Shown piece after piece: positions 1-14,500 of a stretch of 64,000 nucleotides of DNA (its first letter is position 1; the number at the start of each line of letters is the position of its first letter). This stretch comes from Antedon mediterranea. Its lineage: Eukaryota > Animalia > Echinodermata. Position numbers and translations under genes: made by a program. The notes under the pieces are model-generated. The model saw nothing but the letters and a program-made list of their open reading frames with translations. It was not told the DNA's origin and did not search any database. The stretch covers positions 20,023,648-20,087,647 of the forward strand of contig NC_092673.1 of assembly GCF_964355755.1 (NCBI RefSeq). Reading direction: 5' to 3'.

Positions 1-573
1 TTCTTCAAAACTCTGCAATAAAAGAGAAAGAAAAATTATTAATAATGTTATATATATTTTTTCTCTACCCCATGACTTATAAGAGAAAATTCTTGCATAG
101 TATTAGTAGGCATGCTCAAGCAGCATAATTGTAATACGCATGATATAATCATTCACTTCACAATCTTTGTGCGATTTAATCGCTTAATTAAACTCATTAG
201 TCGTTAAAGATGATAGATCAAAGAAACATACTATGTTGTGAGTCATAACTTGAAAATAATGTAGTCCAAACTATATGATTCTAGTTGGTATCTTTTACAT
301 AACCCAATTTTTTTTATAGGTTAAAATAAACTACAAAAACTAATGTATTTTTTTAATAAGGCCCTGTCATAGGTATCATGTAAAATGAATAATAATGATT
401 AATCGGCAGCACACGTGACTCATAATACACAAAATACTGTATAACACATTTCATGGTACCTGTAGTAGATTTTACCGATTTTAAATGATGTAAACTTTAT
501 TTTGCATTTTTAACAATTTTTAATGTATTTGTTTTATCACATCTTGATATTAACTGTATCAAGGGGTGTAATT

Positions 574-1102
574 GCTTCTTAATCAATGTCTGAAAAATTA
601 ATAAATTTCCTCAAAATGACTTTGGGTATGAGACGGCTGATTAGGGCCTACATGTAGTCTCAATGCTAATTTCATTTAATATTCACAAACAATAAAATCT
701 GAATTATGTAAATGTTTCATAATAGAAAATGCCTACAAAATAACAGGCAACAGTTCACAAAGTAAGGAAAATATGTTTTCTCCGTTTAACAGATAATCTA
801 CTAATACTCACAGCTGTAGCTGACACTGTAGGCCTATATTTTCTACAATCTAAAAAATACAAGTAAAAACATTAATAATGGCAATAAACAACATAAAAAC
901 TTTTTCCAAATCAACATGCTTCTTAATCAATGTCTGAAAAATTAAGAAATTTCCTCAAAATGACTTTGGGTATGGGCCGGCTGATTACATGTGGTCTCAA
1001 TGCTAATTTCATTTAATATTTTAATCACAAAAAATAAAATCTGAATTATGTAAATGTTTCATAATAGAAAATAATGCCTAAAAAATAAAAGGCAACAGTT
1101 CA
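574..1102 (+). repeat. Direct duplication of ~185 bp (574-757 and 919-1102)
   Basis: Both copies start GCTTCTTAATCAATGTCTGAAAAATTAA and end GGCAACAGTTCAC, with small indels. Confidence 0.85.
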
Positions 1103-1309
1103 CTCCCAATCATGAGGCCATTAATCATCTCTACAAATTATTTATTTTAATTCATGTACACTACTTACGATATTCTAGAGATTATGAAGTAAAAACAATG
1201 TTATTACACTATTGTTTATCTCTTCCAACAGCTACAAGACAAAAATATATTCTATAAAATATATTATAAAAATCAATACAAATTGTGATCAAAACAGCCA
1301 CAACATTTG

Positions 1310-1888
1310 GGCGCTAGTTCTGTTTCGCACCTGTCATTTATTTCGATTCAAAATTTGTTTAGTAACTTTATCGTGAGTACCACACCTTAGAATTAGGCCT
1401 CAAATACTTTTATGAAGGAGATCACACAAAAAGTAAAAAATAAATCCTTTAAATTGATGAATTTACAGACGTGTTTCTCGCACATCGGTTCGTGAATTTC
1501 GCATAGGCCTACGCCATGTTCAATGTTGTTGTGTCTATGGAGCGCCAATTGACATTGGCAAAATATATTAAAATTGAACGTAATTTTCACTAATAAATGC
1601 ATTAAATATACGCATTATAATAATTGAGTTTTCAGCTCTCTATTATGATTGCTCTTTTGGCGCTCCATAGAAACAACAACATTGAATGCAAAATTCACTA
1701 ACCGATGTGCGATAAGCACGTCTGTAAATTCATCAATTAAAAAAATTTATTTGTTACTTTTTGTGTGATCTTCTTCGTAAAAGTATTTTTGCGGCCTAAT
1801 TCTAAGTTGTGGTACTCACGATAAAGTTACTAGGCCTAAACAAATTTTGAGTCGAAATAAATGACAGGTGCGAAACGGAACTAGCGCC
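1310..1888. mobile_element. MITE/foldback element with ~240-bp TIRs and 8-9-bp TSD (Mutator-like)
   Basis: Left GGCGCTAGTTCTGTTTCGCACCTGTCATTTATTTCGA is the reverse complement of right TCGAAATAAATGACAGGTGCGAAACGGAACTAGCGCC. (C)AACATTTG flanks both sides (1301-1309, 1888-1896). Superfamily is inferred from GG termini, long TIR and TSD length. Confidence 0.85.
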
Positions 1889-4825
1889 AACATTTGTAAC
1901 AATGAGATAAGACAGGTGCGAAAGGGAACTACGCTGACCTACACTAGTACTACTAGGACTACTAGACTGACCTACAACATGCTATAATTGTAAGCTCATT
2001 CAACGAGTCGTTGTTTCTTCTCTTTAATTAAGAACTTATAAACTAAAAACTAAAGTTAATATATATATCCAAGGTGCAAAAGGAAACTAGCACCGTTAGT
2101 CCTACTAAAAACAGGCTAGGCCTAGGTACACTGTGTAGTAGACCTATTTGTTCATATTTAACATACACATCAGGCCATACACGATTGTCGTGCTGCTCCG
2201 GAAGCCATCGGGCAGAAAAACTTCACGACGTTTGTCATCTCTCAAACTACAGCCTTCCCGTATGGTGTATAGCACACTAAACACATGCCTCTATATCATT
2301 AGGCCTAGCTAGCCTAGAGGGTAAGTAGAAATTACAAAACAACTACAAATTAAACAATCCACATAATTTCTTACCTATTTCTAAACAAACTTGAGTTTGT
2401 TATCAAGTTTGTTATTTCTTAATATTCGTTATATATAAAATAGTATTTGTAATACAGTATTATCAAAGTTATTAATAAAGTTATCTTGTATCAGAACGAC
2501 TCTGTACAAACCAACATGGAGTTATCAACATATGAAGTATGGCATGCAATCCTCGCCAAAATTACCAATATGTAACGAATAAAGGAAATTAGTTGTGCAT
2601 CGCGTATCTCTAAAACGTGTAAACATAACATTTCATAACTTTGACAGCATATGGGCATTTACGTGTAGTTGTGCACCTCCTATTTTTAAATGACTTCAGA
2701 GTTGCGCAACATGACTTACGCGCGTTTTTACGAAATTCGCGTATTTAACATAGATCGAAAACCATTATAACAATTTAAAGTTTAATTTATATCTTGCGCT
2801 AACTGACTATGGAAAAATGGCATGTTTCACGCGAAGTTACGCGTGCACGTGCGTTTAAAATCTAAAAACGCAAAAAATCTATTTCTAATCAATTTTCTAC
2901 GCATTTCATGTCATTTTAAACTTATAAAAATTCCCACGCACGCATTTTTACGCGCGCGTGCGCATGTAGCGTTATTTTTTGTTTTTCCAGCCTTTTCTAG
3001 TAATTTTACCAATTTTAAAACAATTTCAACTTAATATCACGTCATACGAGCACGTAGAATTTGACAATTTGCGCGCGTTTTTGATGAAAAAGTTAAAAAA
3101 TTCGTCAAAATTATTCTTTTTTTAAACAGTCATAAATTCTAAACTACACGGTCAACTTTTTGTGGATGACATATTCTGGAAGTTGATGAGTTGTAAATAT
3201 CGGATCATGCATCAATATGGCTAACCGGACATTTTAACGTCATCGTATGGCCACTCGAATATAAAATATAGGATTTTTGTCTCTTTCGTCATAGCTCGTC
3301 ACATTTAATAGAGCGCATCTCCACTTATCCGTATTCCATTGCCTTCCATTTTTTCGTATTGTCTAGGTCAATCAATTATCTTTCGCATGATTTACCATTT
3401 TTTGAAATGTTTATGACGTCATCATGTGCAAAAGCGTCAGTAACTTTGGTCACTTATTTTCACCTATTCTGCACTGTATGTAGTACCTATACAGTATATA
3501 GCGTATACCGTATATACTTATACGTGACGCAAAATAGAGAGCGCGCTAAATTTTTTTTCAATGGCATAATCGTTTTTCTGCGCGCAAAATTCAGACGTGT
3601 GGCGTGCACGTGGATTTTTCGATGCGGATAACCTAACTCGTCCGTAGTGACGAGTTCAAATCTAGTATTTATTTCTTTCTTTCCACACTTCTCTCCCATT
3701 TTTTGTGGGCAGCGTATCTCTAATTCTAGCCAACAGAAGATTGTATAACTTTGTCAAAAGATTGCCCTATATCTGTAGATGTGCATGAAACTTTTTTTTT
3801 CAAATTTCGAGTTGCGCAGCGTAAGTTACGCGCGATTTTATGAATTTCAATTATTGATCATAGATTAAAAACCAAAAGTCATTTTGTATTGAAACTTGGT
3901 GAAAATTTAAGTCATATAAAGCGTAAACTTTCTGTAGATTAAATATGGCAGGTTGCGAAAAAAGTTACGCGCGCACGCGCGTTTAAAATTTCAAAATGCG
4001 AAAAATCAATTTCTAATCAAATTTCTACGCGTTTCATGTCATTTTGAGCATTTCAAAAATTCCCACGCTTGCACACTTTTCTTACGCGCACGTGCGCACG
4101 TAGCGCAAAAACATCTTTTTTTTGCTTGATTTTTGTTTTTTCTGTCTTTTATAATAAATTTATCAACTTTCAATCAATTTTGCCTTAAAATCTCGTCATA
4201 CGAGCACGTAGAATTAAACAATTTGCGCGCAATTTTGATGAAAAAGTCTAAAAATTTGTCAAAATTATGCCTTTTTTTAAACAGTCATAGATTCTAAACT
4301 ACGTGGTGAACTTTTTTGTAATTATATATTCTGGTAGTAGATGAGTTGTAGATATCGAATCATGTATCAATATGGCTAACAGGACATTGTGACGTCATCG
4401 TATGGCTACTCGAATATAAAATATAGGATTTTTTTCTCTTTCGTATAGCTCATCACATTTAATAGAGCGCATCTCCGGTTATCCGTATTCCATTGCCCTC
4501 CATTTCTTTATATTGTCTAGGTCAATCAATTATCTTTCGCATGATTAATCATTTTAGAAATTGTGATGACGTCATCATGTCCAAAAGCGTCAATAACTTT
4601 GGTCACTTATTTTCACCTATTCTGCACTGTATGTAGTACGTATACAGTATATAGCGTATACCGTATATATTCAGACGTGACGAAAAATAGAGAGCACACT
4701 GAAATTGTTTCAATGACTTAATGGTTTTTCTGCGCGCAATATTTTAACGTATGACGTGCACGTGGCCTTTGCGCTGCGGATAACCTAACTCGTCCGTAGT
4801 GACGAGTTCAAATCTAGTCTTTTTT

Positions 4826-6043
4826 TTGGTTATCCGCACTTGGCGGATAACCCCTTGTTATTGTCAGGATCTTTTTTTTTTTTTTTTTTTTCTTTTTTTT
4901 CTTTTTTCTTCTTTCTTTCCCAGAATTTTGTTGCGCGTGTATCTCAAAATCTTCTTAACATAACATTGTATAACTTTATCAGAAGATTGACCTCTATCTG
5001 AAGATGTCGTAATAAGGTTTTCAGTCCAGTCTGAGTTGCGCAGCGTAAGTTACGCGCAATTTTATGAATTTCAATGATTGATCGTAGATTAAAAACCAAA
5101 AGTAATTTTGTATTGAAACTTGGTGAAAATTTAAGTCATATTATGCGCAAACTTTCTATGGATTAAAAATGGCATGTTGCGCAGAAAGTTACGCGCGCAC
5201 GCGCGTTTAAAATTTCAAAATGCGAAAAATTAACTTCTAATCAACTTTCTACGCGTTTCATGTCATTTTGAGCATTTCAAAAATTACCACACGTGCGCAA
5301 TTTTTTTACGCGCGCGTGCGCACGTAGCGCAAAAACATCATTTTTTGGCTTGATTTTTATTTTTCCTGTCTTTTTTTAGTAGATTTACCAACTTTCAAAC
5401 AATTTCGACTTAAAATCACGTCATACGAGCACGTAGAATTGAAAAATTTGCGCGCGTTTTTGATGAAAAAGTTCAAAAATTCGTGAAAATTAAGCCTTTT
5501 TTTAAAATGTCATAGATTCTAAACTACGTGGTGAACTTTTTTAAAATTACAGATTCTGGAAGTAGATGAGTTGTAGATATCGAATCATGCATCAATATAG
5601 CTAACGGGACATTGTGACGTCATCGTATGGCCACTCAAATATAAAATATAGGATTTTTTTCACTTTCGTCTTAGCTCATCACATTTAATAGAGCGCATCT
5701 CCATTTATCCGTATTCCATTGCCCTCCATTTCTTTATATTGTCTAGGTCAGTCAATTATCTTTCGCATGATTCACCATTTTAGAAATTGTGATGACGTCA
5801 TCATGTCCAAAAGCGTCAAGAACTAGGGTCCCTTATTTTCACCTATTCTGCACTGTATGTAGTACGTATACAGAATATAGTGTATACCGTATACACTTTG
5901 ACGTGACGCAAAATAGAGAGCGCACTAACATTTTCTCGATGGCATAATCGTTTTTCTGCGCGCAATATTCTAACGTATGACGTGCACGTGGCGTTTGCGA
6001 GGCGGATAACCTAACTCGTCCGTATAGACGAGTTCAAATCTAG
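4826..6043 (+). mobile_element. Complete non-autonomous Helitron2-type element (short 'B' subfamily)
   Basis: 5' TTGGTTATCCGC-ACTTG-GCGGATAACC, then a T tract and body; 3' GCGGATAACCTAACTCGTCCGTATAGACGAGTTCAAATCTAG. Confidence 0.85.
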
Positions 6044-6051
6044 TTTCTTTT

Positions 6052-7645
6052 TTGGTTATCCGCAACGAAGTTGCAGGATAACCTCTTGTGATTGTACGAA
6101 ATCATCATCAACATCAACTTTTTATTTCTCTTCTTTCTTTCTGTATGATTTTTGTGGAACGCTTTTCTCGAAAACTTGCAAACATAACATTTTGTAACTT
6201 TCTCAACATATCGTCATGCACATGAAGATGTGCAGCGAAGCTTTTCATGATATTTACAATTGCGCAACGTGACCTACGCGCGATTTAACGATTTTGTCGT
6301 ATTTAACATAGCTCGACAACCAAATAACATTTCAACTTGAAACTTTGCAAAAGTTTAATTTATATCATGCGCTAACTTTCTGTTGAAAAAAAATTGCGTG
6401 TTTTACACAAAGTTACGCGCGCACGCGCATATAAAATTTCAAAATGCGCAAAATTAATTTATAATCAACTTTCTACGCGTTTCATGTCGTTTTAAGCATG
6501 TCAAAAATTCCCACGCGTGCGCACATTTTTACGTGTGCGGTGCGCACGTAGCATTGAAAACGTATTTTTTTCGCGTGATTTATGTTGTTCCAGCTTTTTC
6601 AAGTAATTTTACCAAATTTTAAACAATTTCGACTTAAACATACGTCATACGAGCACGTCGAATTGGACAATTGGCGCGCGTTTTTTATGAAAAGGTTAAA
6701 AAATTCGTTTAAAATATGCCTTTTTTTAAACAGTCGTAATTTCTAAACTAGACGGTCAACTTTTTGTGGATGGCATATTCTGGAAGTAGATGAGTTTTAG
6801 ATATCGAATCAGGTAGTAATATGGCTAACTGGACATTGTGACGTCATCGTATGGCCACACGAATATAAAATTTAGGATTTGTGTATCTTTCGTCATAGCT
6901 CATCACATTGAATAGAGCGCATCTCCACTTATCCGTTTTCCATTTTCACCCCGATTTTGATATTGTCTAGGTCAATCAAGTATCTTTCGCATGAGTTAAA
7001 AATATTTTAATTTTTTTGACGTCATCATGCCTAAAAATTTAAATCACGTGTGGCATTAATTTCATCTTTACAGTAAATTTTAATCTGTTATAGCTCGTAA
7101 GAATAAAATGTGATAATCACGATTAAAACTTTTTCTGGAAGCTATTGGATTGTAGATACGAAATTATGTAAAAATGTTGCCAATCGGATGTTGTGACGTC
7201 ATCATATGGCTAGTTAAACAAAAAAGGTCGTATTTTCATCTTTTGCGTCATAATTCATTACATTTAAAAGAGTGCGCATCAATATTTCACGTATTCAAAT
7301 TTCTTCTACACGCTAATACGTTGTTGCTGAGATAATTTCCTTTCGGAATTGCTACCTTCGCGTTTCATTTTAAAACCGTCAACATGTTAAAAATTGCAAT
7401 AAATAGCGGGTCCCTTAATTTCACCTATTCTACACTGTATGTGATATGGATACAGATACTGTGTATACTATATATGAATTTAAATAATAAAATTCAGCAA
7501 TAACAACATATCATATTCTTCAGTTCAGGTCATAATGCCAACGTGAACACTTCCTTTTGTCCTCAACCTATCCTCTTAATGTTTATGTTGCACCACTTGC
7601 GCGGCGGATAACCAAACTCGTCAAAGTGACGAGTTACATGTCTAG
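6052..7645 (+). mobile_element. Complete non-autonomous Helitron2-type element (long subfamily, extended 5' hairpin)
   Basis: 5' GGTTATCCGCAAC-GAA-GTTGCAGGATAACC; 3' GCGGATAACCAAACTCGTCAAAGTGACGAGTTACATGTCTAG. Confidence 0.85.
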
Positions 7646-10600
7646 TCTTTTTCTTTGTTCTTCTTTCTTTCCACGAATTTTGTTGGTCGCATATCTCTAA
7701 TTCTGGCAAATATAACATTGTATAACTTTGTCATAAGATTGACCTGTAGCTGTAGATGTGCAGCCAAGCTTTTGGACGATTTCGGAGTTGCGCAGCGTAA
7801 GTTACGCGCGATTTTGTGAATTTCAATGATTGATCATAGAATAAAAACTAAAAGTCGTTTTGTATTGAAACTTGGTGAACATTTAAGTCATATAATGCGC
7901 AAACTTTCTATGGATTAAAAATGGCATGTTTCACAAAAAGTTACGCGCGCACGCGCGTTTAAAATTTCAAATTGCGAAAAATCAATATCTAATCAACTTT
8001 CTACGCGTTTCATGTCATTTTGAGCATTTTAAACATTCCCACGCGTGCGCAATTTTTTTACGCGCACGTGCGCACGTAGCGCAAAAACATCATTTTTTTG
8101 CTTGATTTTTGTTTTTCCTGTCTTTTTTAGAAAATTTACCAACTTTCAAACAATTTCGACTTAAAATCACGTCATACGAGCACGTAGAATTGGATAATTT
8201 GCACGCGTTTTTGATGAAAAAGTTAAAAAATTCGTGAAAATTATGCCTTTTTTTAAAAAGTCATAAATTCTAAACTACGTGGTGAACTTTTTTTAAATTA
8301 CATATTCTGGAAGTAGATGAGTTGTAGATATCGAATCATGCATCAATATAGCTAACCGGACATTGTGACGTCATCGTATGGCCACGCAAATATAAAATAT
8401 AGGATTTTTTTCTCTTTCGTCATAGCTCGTCACATTTAATAGAGCGCATCTCCACTTATTTGTATTCCATTTCCCCCCATTTTTTTTATGTTGTCTAGCT
8501 CTATCAATTATCTTTCGGACGATTCACCATTTTCAAAATTGTGATGACGTCATCATGTTCAAAAGCGTCAATAACTTTGGTCACTTATTTTCACCGATTC
8601 TGCACTGTATGTACTACGTATACAGTATATAGCGTATACCGTATATACTCAGACGTGACGAAAAATAGAGAGCACACTGAAATTGTTTCAATGACTTAAT
8701 CGTTTTTCTGCGCGCAATATTTTAACGTAGGACGTGCACGTGGCCTTTGCGCTGCGGATAACCTAACTCGTCCGTAGTGACGAGTTCAAATCTAGTTCTA
8801 TTTTCTTCTTTCTTTCCACGAATTTTGTTGCTAGTGTATCTCTAAATCTTCTTAACATAACATTGTATAACTTTATCAGAAGATTGATCTCTATCTGAAG
8901 ATGTTGTAATAAGGTTTTCGGTCACGTCCGAGTTGCGCAGCGTAAGTTACGCACGATTTTATGAATTTCAATTATTGATCATAGAATAAAAACTAAAAGT
9001 TGTTTTGTATTGAAACTTGGTGAACATTTAAGTCATATAATGCGCAAACTTTCTATGGATTAAAAATGGCAAGTTTCACAAAAACTTACGCGCGCACGCG
9101 CGTTTAAAATTTCAAAATGCGAAAAATCAATATCTAATCAACTTTCTACGCGTTTCATGTCATTTTGAGCATTTCAAAAATTCCCACGCGTGCGCAATTT
9201 TTTTACGCGCACGTGCGCACGTAGCGCAAAAACATCATTTTTTTGCTTGATTTTTGTTTTTCCTGTCTTTTTTAGAAAATTTACCAACTTTCAAACAATT
9301 TCGACTTAAAATCACGTCATACGAGCACGTAGAATTAAACAATTTACGCGCATTTTTGATGAAAAAAGTTCAAAAATTTGTCAAAATTATGCCTTTTTTT
9401 AAACAGTCATAGATTCTAAACTACGTGGTGAACTTTTTTATAATTACATATTCTGGTAATAGATGAGTTGCAGATATCAAATCATGCATCAATATGGCTA
9501 ACCGGACATTGTGACGTCATCGTATGGCCACTCGAATATAAAATATAGGATTTTTGTCTCTTTCCTTGTAGCTTGTCACATTTAATATAGCGCATCTCCA
9601 CTTATTTGTATTCCATTTCCCCCCATTTTTTTATGTTGTCTAGGTCTATCAATTATCTTTCGCACGATTCACCATTTCAAAATTGTGATGACGTCATCAT
9701 GTTCAAAAGCGTCAATAACTTTGGTCACTTATTTTCACCTATTCTGCACTGTATGTAGTACGTATACAGTATATAGTGTATACCGTATATACTCAGACGT
9801 GACGAAAAATAGAGAGCACACTGAAATTGTTTTCAATGACTTAATCGTTTTTCTGCGCGCAATATGTATGACGTGCACGTGGCCTTTGCGCTGCGGATAA
9901 CCTAACTCGTCCGTAGTGACGAGTTCAAATCTAGTACTTCTTTCTTTCTGTCATTTTTGTGCGTCGCGTTTCTCTAAAACGTGTAGACAGAACATATCGT
10001 AACTTTGTCAACATATCGACATTTACGTGAACTTGTGCACCTCCTATTTTTGAATGACGTCAGAGTTGCGCAACGTGACTTACGTGCGATTTTGTGAATT
10101 TCAATGATTGATCATAGACTAAAAACCAAACATAATTTTGTTTTGAAACTTTGTGAAAATTCAAGTCATATCAAGCGCAAACTTTCTATGGATTAAAAAT
10201 AGCATGTTTCACAAAAAGTTACGCGCGCACGCGCGTTTAAAATTTTAACGTAGGAAATATAAACTTCTAATCAACTTTCTATGCGTTTCATGTCATTTTG
10301 AGCATGTCAAAAATTCCCACGCGCGCAAACATTTTTACGCACGCGATGCACACGTAGCGTTAAAAACATATTTTTTTCGCGTGATTTATGTTTTTTCAGC
10401 CTTTTCTAGTAATGTTACCAAATTTTAAACAATTTCGACTTAAAATTACGTCATACGAGCACGTCGAATTAGATAATTTGCACGCGTATTTGGTGAAAAA
10501 GTTCAAAAATTCGTCAAAATTATGCCTATTTTTAAACAGTCATAGATTCTAAACTACATGGAGAACTTTTTTTTAATTACATATTCTGGAAGTTGATGAG

Positions 10601-11534
10601 TTGTAGATATCGGATCATGCATTAATATGGCTAACCGGACATTGTGACGTCATCGTATGGCCACGCGAATATAAAATATAGGATTTTTGTCTCTTTCGTC
10701 ATAGCTCATCACATTTAATAGAGCGCATCTCCACTTATTCGTTGTCCATTTTCATTCCGATTTTAATTTATTCTAGATCTATCAACTATCTTTTGCATGA
10801 ATTAAAAATTTTTAAATTTTTTTAACGTCATCATGCCTAAAAATTTAAATTACATTGGTCATTAATTTCATCTTTACAGTAAATTTTAATCTGTTATAGC
10901 TCGTAAGAATAAAATGTGATAATCACGATTAAAACGTTTTTAGGAAGCTATTGTATAGTAGATACAAAATCATGTAAAATTTTGCCAATCGAATGTTGTG
11001 ACGTTATCATATGGCCAGTTAAATACAAAAAGTCGTATTTTCATCTTTTGCGTTATATTTCATTACATTTAAAAGAGCGCGCATCAATATTTCACGTATT
11101 CCAATTTCTTCTACACGTTAATATGTTGTTGCTGAGATAATTTCATTCTGAAAGTTCTACTTTTGCATTTCATTTTGAAACCGTCAAGATGTTAAAAATT
11201 ACAATAAAATACGGGTCCCGTAATTTCACCTATTTTACACTGTGATATGTTTACAGATTGTACTGTGTATACTATGTATATGACACAAAATAACAGAATT
11301 CAGAAATAACAACATATCATATTCTTCAGTTCAGGTCATAATGCCTTAATATTTTTCTGTGTGCAATATTCTAACGTATGACGTGCACGTGGCGTTTGTC
11401 GAGCGGATAACTAACTCGTCAAAGTGACTAGTTTCATGTCTAGTTAGTTATCCGCTTAGTAGCGGATAACTCCTTGTAATCGTCCTGTTACTTTTTGGTT
11501 ATCCGCCTCAAGCGGATAAGCCTTTGGAATTGTA

Positions 11535-14500
11535 ATTATGTGTACTTAATGCTCGATCCACGCAACGCAAAGCCTCAAGAAAAGGAGTGGAGCAAGTATC
11601 TGGAAATGGTGAGACGAGTACTAAATCCACAGAAAAGCATAGGTCTATAGAAAAAGCACATCTTAATTTTGGCGTTCTAAATGCACGTTCTCTGCGTAAC
11701 AAGTGTGATGAATTTGTGGACTTAGTTGTTAGCTATAATCTAGATGTAGTGGCGGTGTCTGAAACCTGGTTAAGACCAGATGATGATCTTGTGATTGGAG
11801 ATTTAACTCCACTAGGATATCGCTTTGTGCATGTCCCTAGGGTGGACAAAACTGGGGGTGGTGTTGGAATTCTGTCTAAGTCAAGCTTAGTTGTTAACTT
11901 GAAAACGGATGTACATACATATGCATCATTTGAGGCTATACATGTGCATATTACGTCTAACTCGAAATCTCTTCGTTTAGTTAACATATATCGACCACCA
12001 ACCTTGTCTGTTACAGAGTTCCTAAATGATTTTGAAAAAATGCTGTTTGACTTTATTCTCTTTTCGTCTGAAATTGTTTTCTGCGGAGACTTTAATATCC
12101 ATATGGATAATAAAAAAAAAAATGTGGCAGCGGATAGATTTAAAACACTGCTTAGATCGTTTGGTCTCCAGCAGCATATAAATGAACCCACACACTGTAG
12201 TGGGCACTGCCTCGACCTTATCATCACTAGAGATGATCTACTTCTCTCGGATGTAAAGATACACCCTGGCCTGTCAGATCATTTTGCCATATTTTGCAAG
12301 TTTGATCTTAAATGGCCCACAACACACAAAACTGTAAGAAAAAGTCGCAACCTAAAACAAATTGATATTGATAAATTCACAAATGACATTAAAGCCTGTG
12401 TGTCTAATAAAACTGATGTAAGTGTAATTCTTGAAGACAGTGTAGAAAGCTATTCTGATCTCAGAGCTGTACTTGATTTACATGCGCCAGTTCAGAACAA
12501 AACAATTAGGCAAAAGGAAGCTAAACCGTGGTATACCGATGAAATTCGATCTGAAAGGAAAGTACGTCGTCAACTTGAACGTAAATGGATGAAATCAAAG
12601 CTTCCTAAGGATAGACAGGAATACTGTGTTCAAAGATGCGTTGTAAATGGACTGATTGAAAAGGCCAAGACGCGGTATTACTCTAGTCTGGTTAGTGACT
12701 GCACAGGTGATCAAAAGAAACTTTTCAATATAGTAAATAAACTTTTACATCACTCCAAGTCATCGGTCCTTCCTTCGTCTGTCTCCGATGAAGCTCTTGC
12801 TGAAAGATTTTCTGTGTTTTTTGTAAATAAAATTAAATCAATTCGTGATTCACTAGAAAATGAAAATACTGGCGAAGTTATAACTGCTTCTGATAAATGT
12901 AATATATCTTATGGTTTAACTAGGTCTATACGGTTTTCTCAGTTCGAACCTGCAAGTGATGAGGAAATTTTAAAAATTGTCAAAAATTCTCCCTCTAAAT
13001 CATGTGCACTTGACCCGGTACCAACTTCACTGATTAAGAAATGTACTTCTGCATTTATTCCATTAATCACACATATTGTTAATAAGTCTCTTGAAAGTGG
13101 TTCTTTCCCAGAGTCTCTAAAAGTCACCCATGTTCGACCCACATTGAAAAAAACAGGTCTAGATCCCGAGATTCTGAAAAACTACAGACCTATCTCGAAT
13201 CTTAGTTTTTTAGGAAAAATAATTGAGAAGGTTGTTTCTAAACGGATTTTGTCGCATGTACAAAAACATGGCCTACTTGATCCGTATCAATCTGCCTACA
13301 AAGCGCATCACAGTACTGAAACGGCATTACTTCGTGTAAATAATGACATCCTACGTGGGATGGATGATGGAAAGCTAACTGCTCTAGTATTATTAGATTT
13401 AAGTGCAGCATTTGATACGGTTGATCATTCTGTGTTGCTAAATAGACTCAGTACTTATATTGGTATTGAAGGAAATGCACTTGATTGGTGTCGGTCATAT
13501 TTGGAAAAACGACCTCAACACGTATGTATTGGTGATGCTATTTCAAAAGCTTCTTTTCTAAACTTTTCGGTACCACAAGGATCTGTTCTTGGGCCGCAAT
13601 GGTTTACTATTTATTTACATCCGATACGGGATATCATAAGTAAATATGATCTGTGCTATCATGTTTATGCTGATGATACTCAGATTTATATTTCTTTTAA
13701 ACCTACTATGAAACACAGTGACATTTCTTTGGAATTGCTCCAACATTGTATCTATGAATTGCGTGTCTGGTTGAAAAACAACTTTCTTAAATTAAATGAT
13801 GAAAAAACAGAATTTGTTCTCTTTGGATCAAAACAGCAGTTGGAAAAACTGCCACCAAGCTTTATTCACATTGGTGAAACCCAAATTGACCCGGCTAGGC
13901 AGGTTAGAAATCTTGGGGTTGAAATGGATGTGGGTATGACTATGATTTCTCATATCTCAAAAACTATTTCTGCGTCGTCTTTTCACTTGCGAAACATTCG
14001 AAAGATTCGTAAGTTTATAAATGAGACAGCAGCTAAACAACTTGTTCATGCTTTTGTCACTTCACGACTAGATATGGGAAACTCTTTGCTATACGGGCTA
14101 CCACAAAAACAACTCCACAGGCTCCAACTGATTCAAAATACAGCGGCACGAGTTGTTAAAAAATTACCAAGATATGGACACATATCAAATACTTTGGAAA
14201 TATTGCATTGGCTCCCTGTTAGGTACCGCATTGTTTTTAAAATATTACTCTTTGTTTTTAAGTCTATAAATGGCATGGCTCCTGAATATATTTCTGACAT
14301 GCTTAGGCTGTATGTTCCCGGACGTAATCTGCGCTCTAGTGACTCGCTGCTTCTACATCAGCCTAAGTCTCACCACTCATGGGGTGACAGAGCATTCTCC
14401 GTTACTGCTCCTCGTCTGTGGAATGCTCTACCGAGCTCTATAAGATTTTGCAAAACTGTTGATACTTTTAAAAAATTATTAAAAACACATTTATTCATTA

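Noticed and set aside
11401-11411. GAGCGGATAAC matches part of the lac operator (vector contamination?)
   Set aside because: It is the element's 3' ATIR, present in many diverged copies, and lacks the rest of lacO or any vector context.
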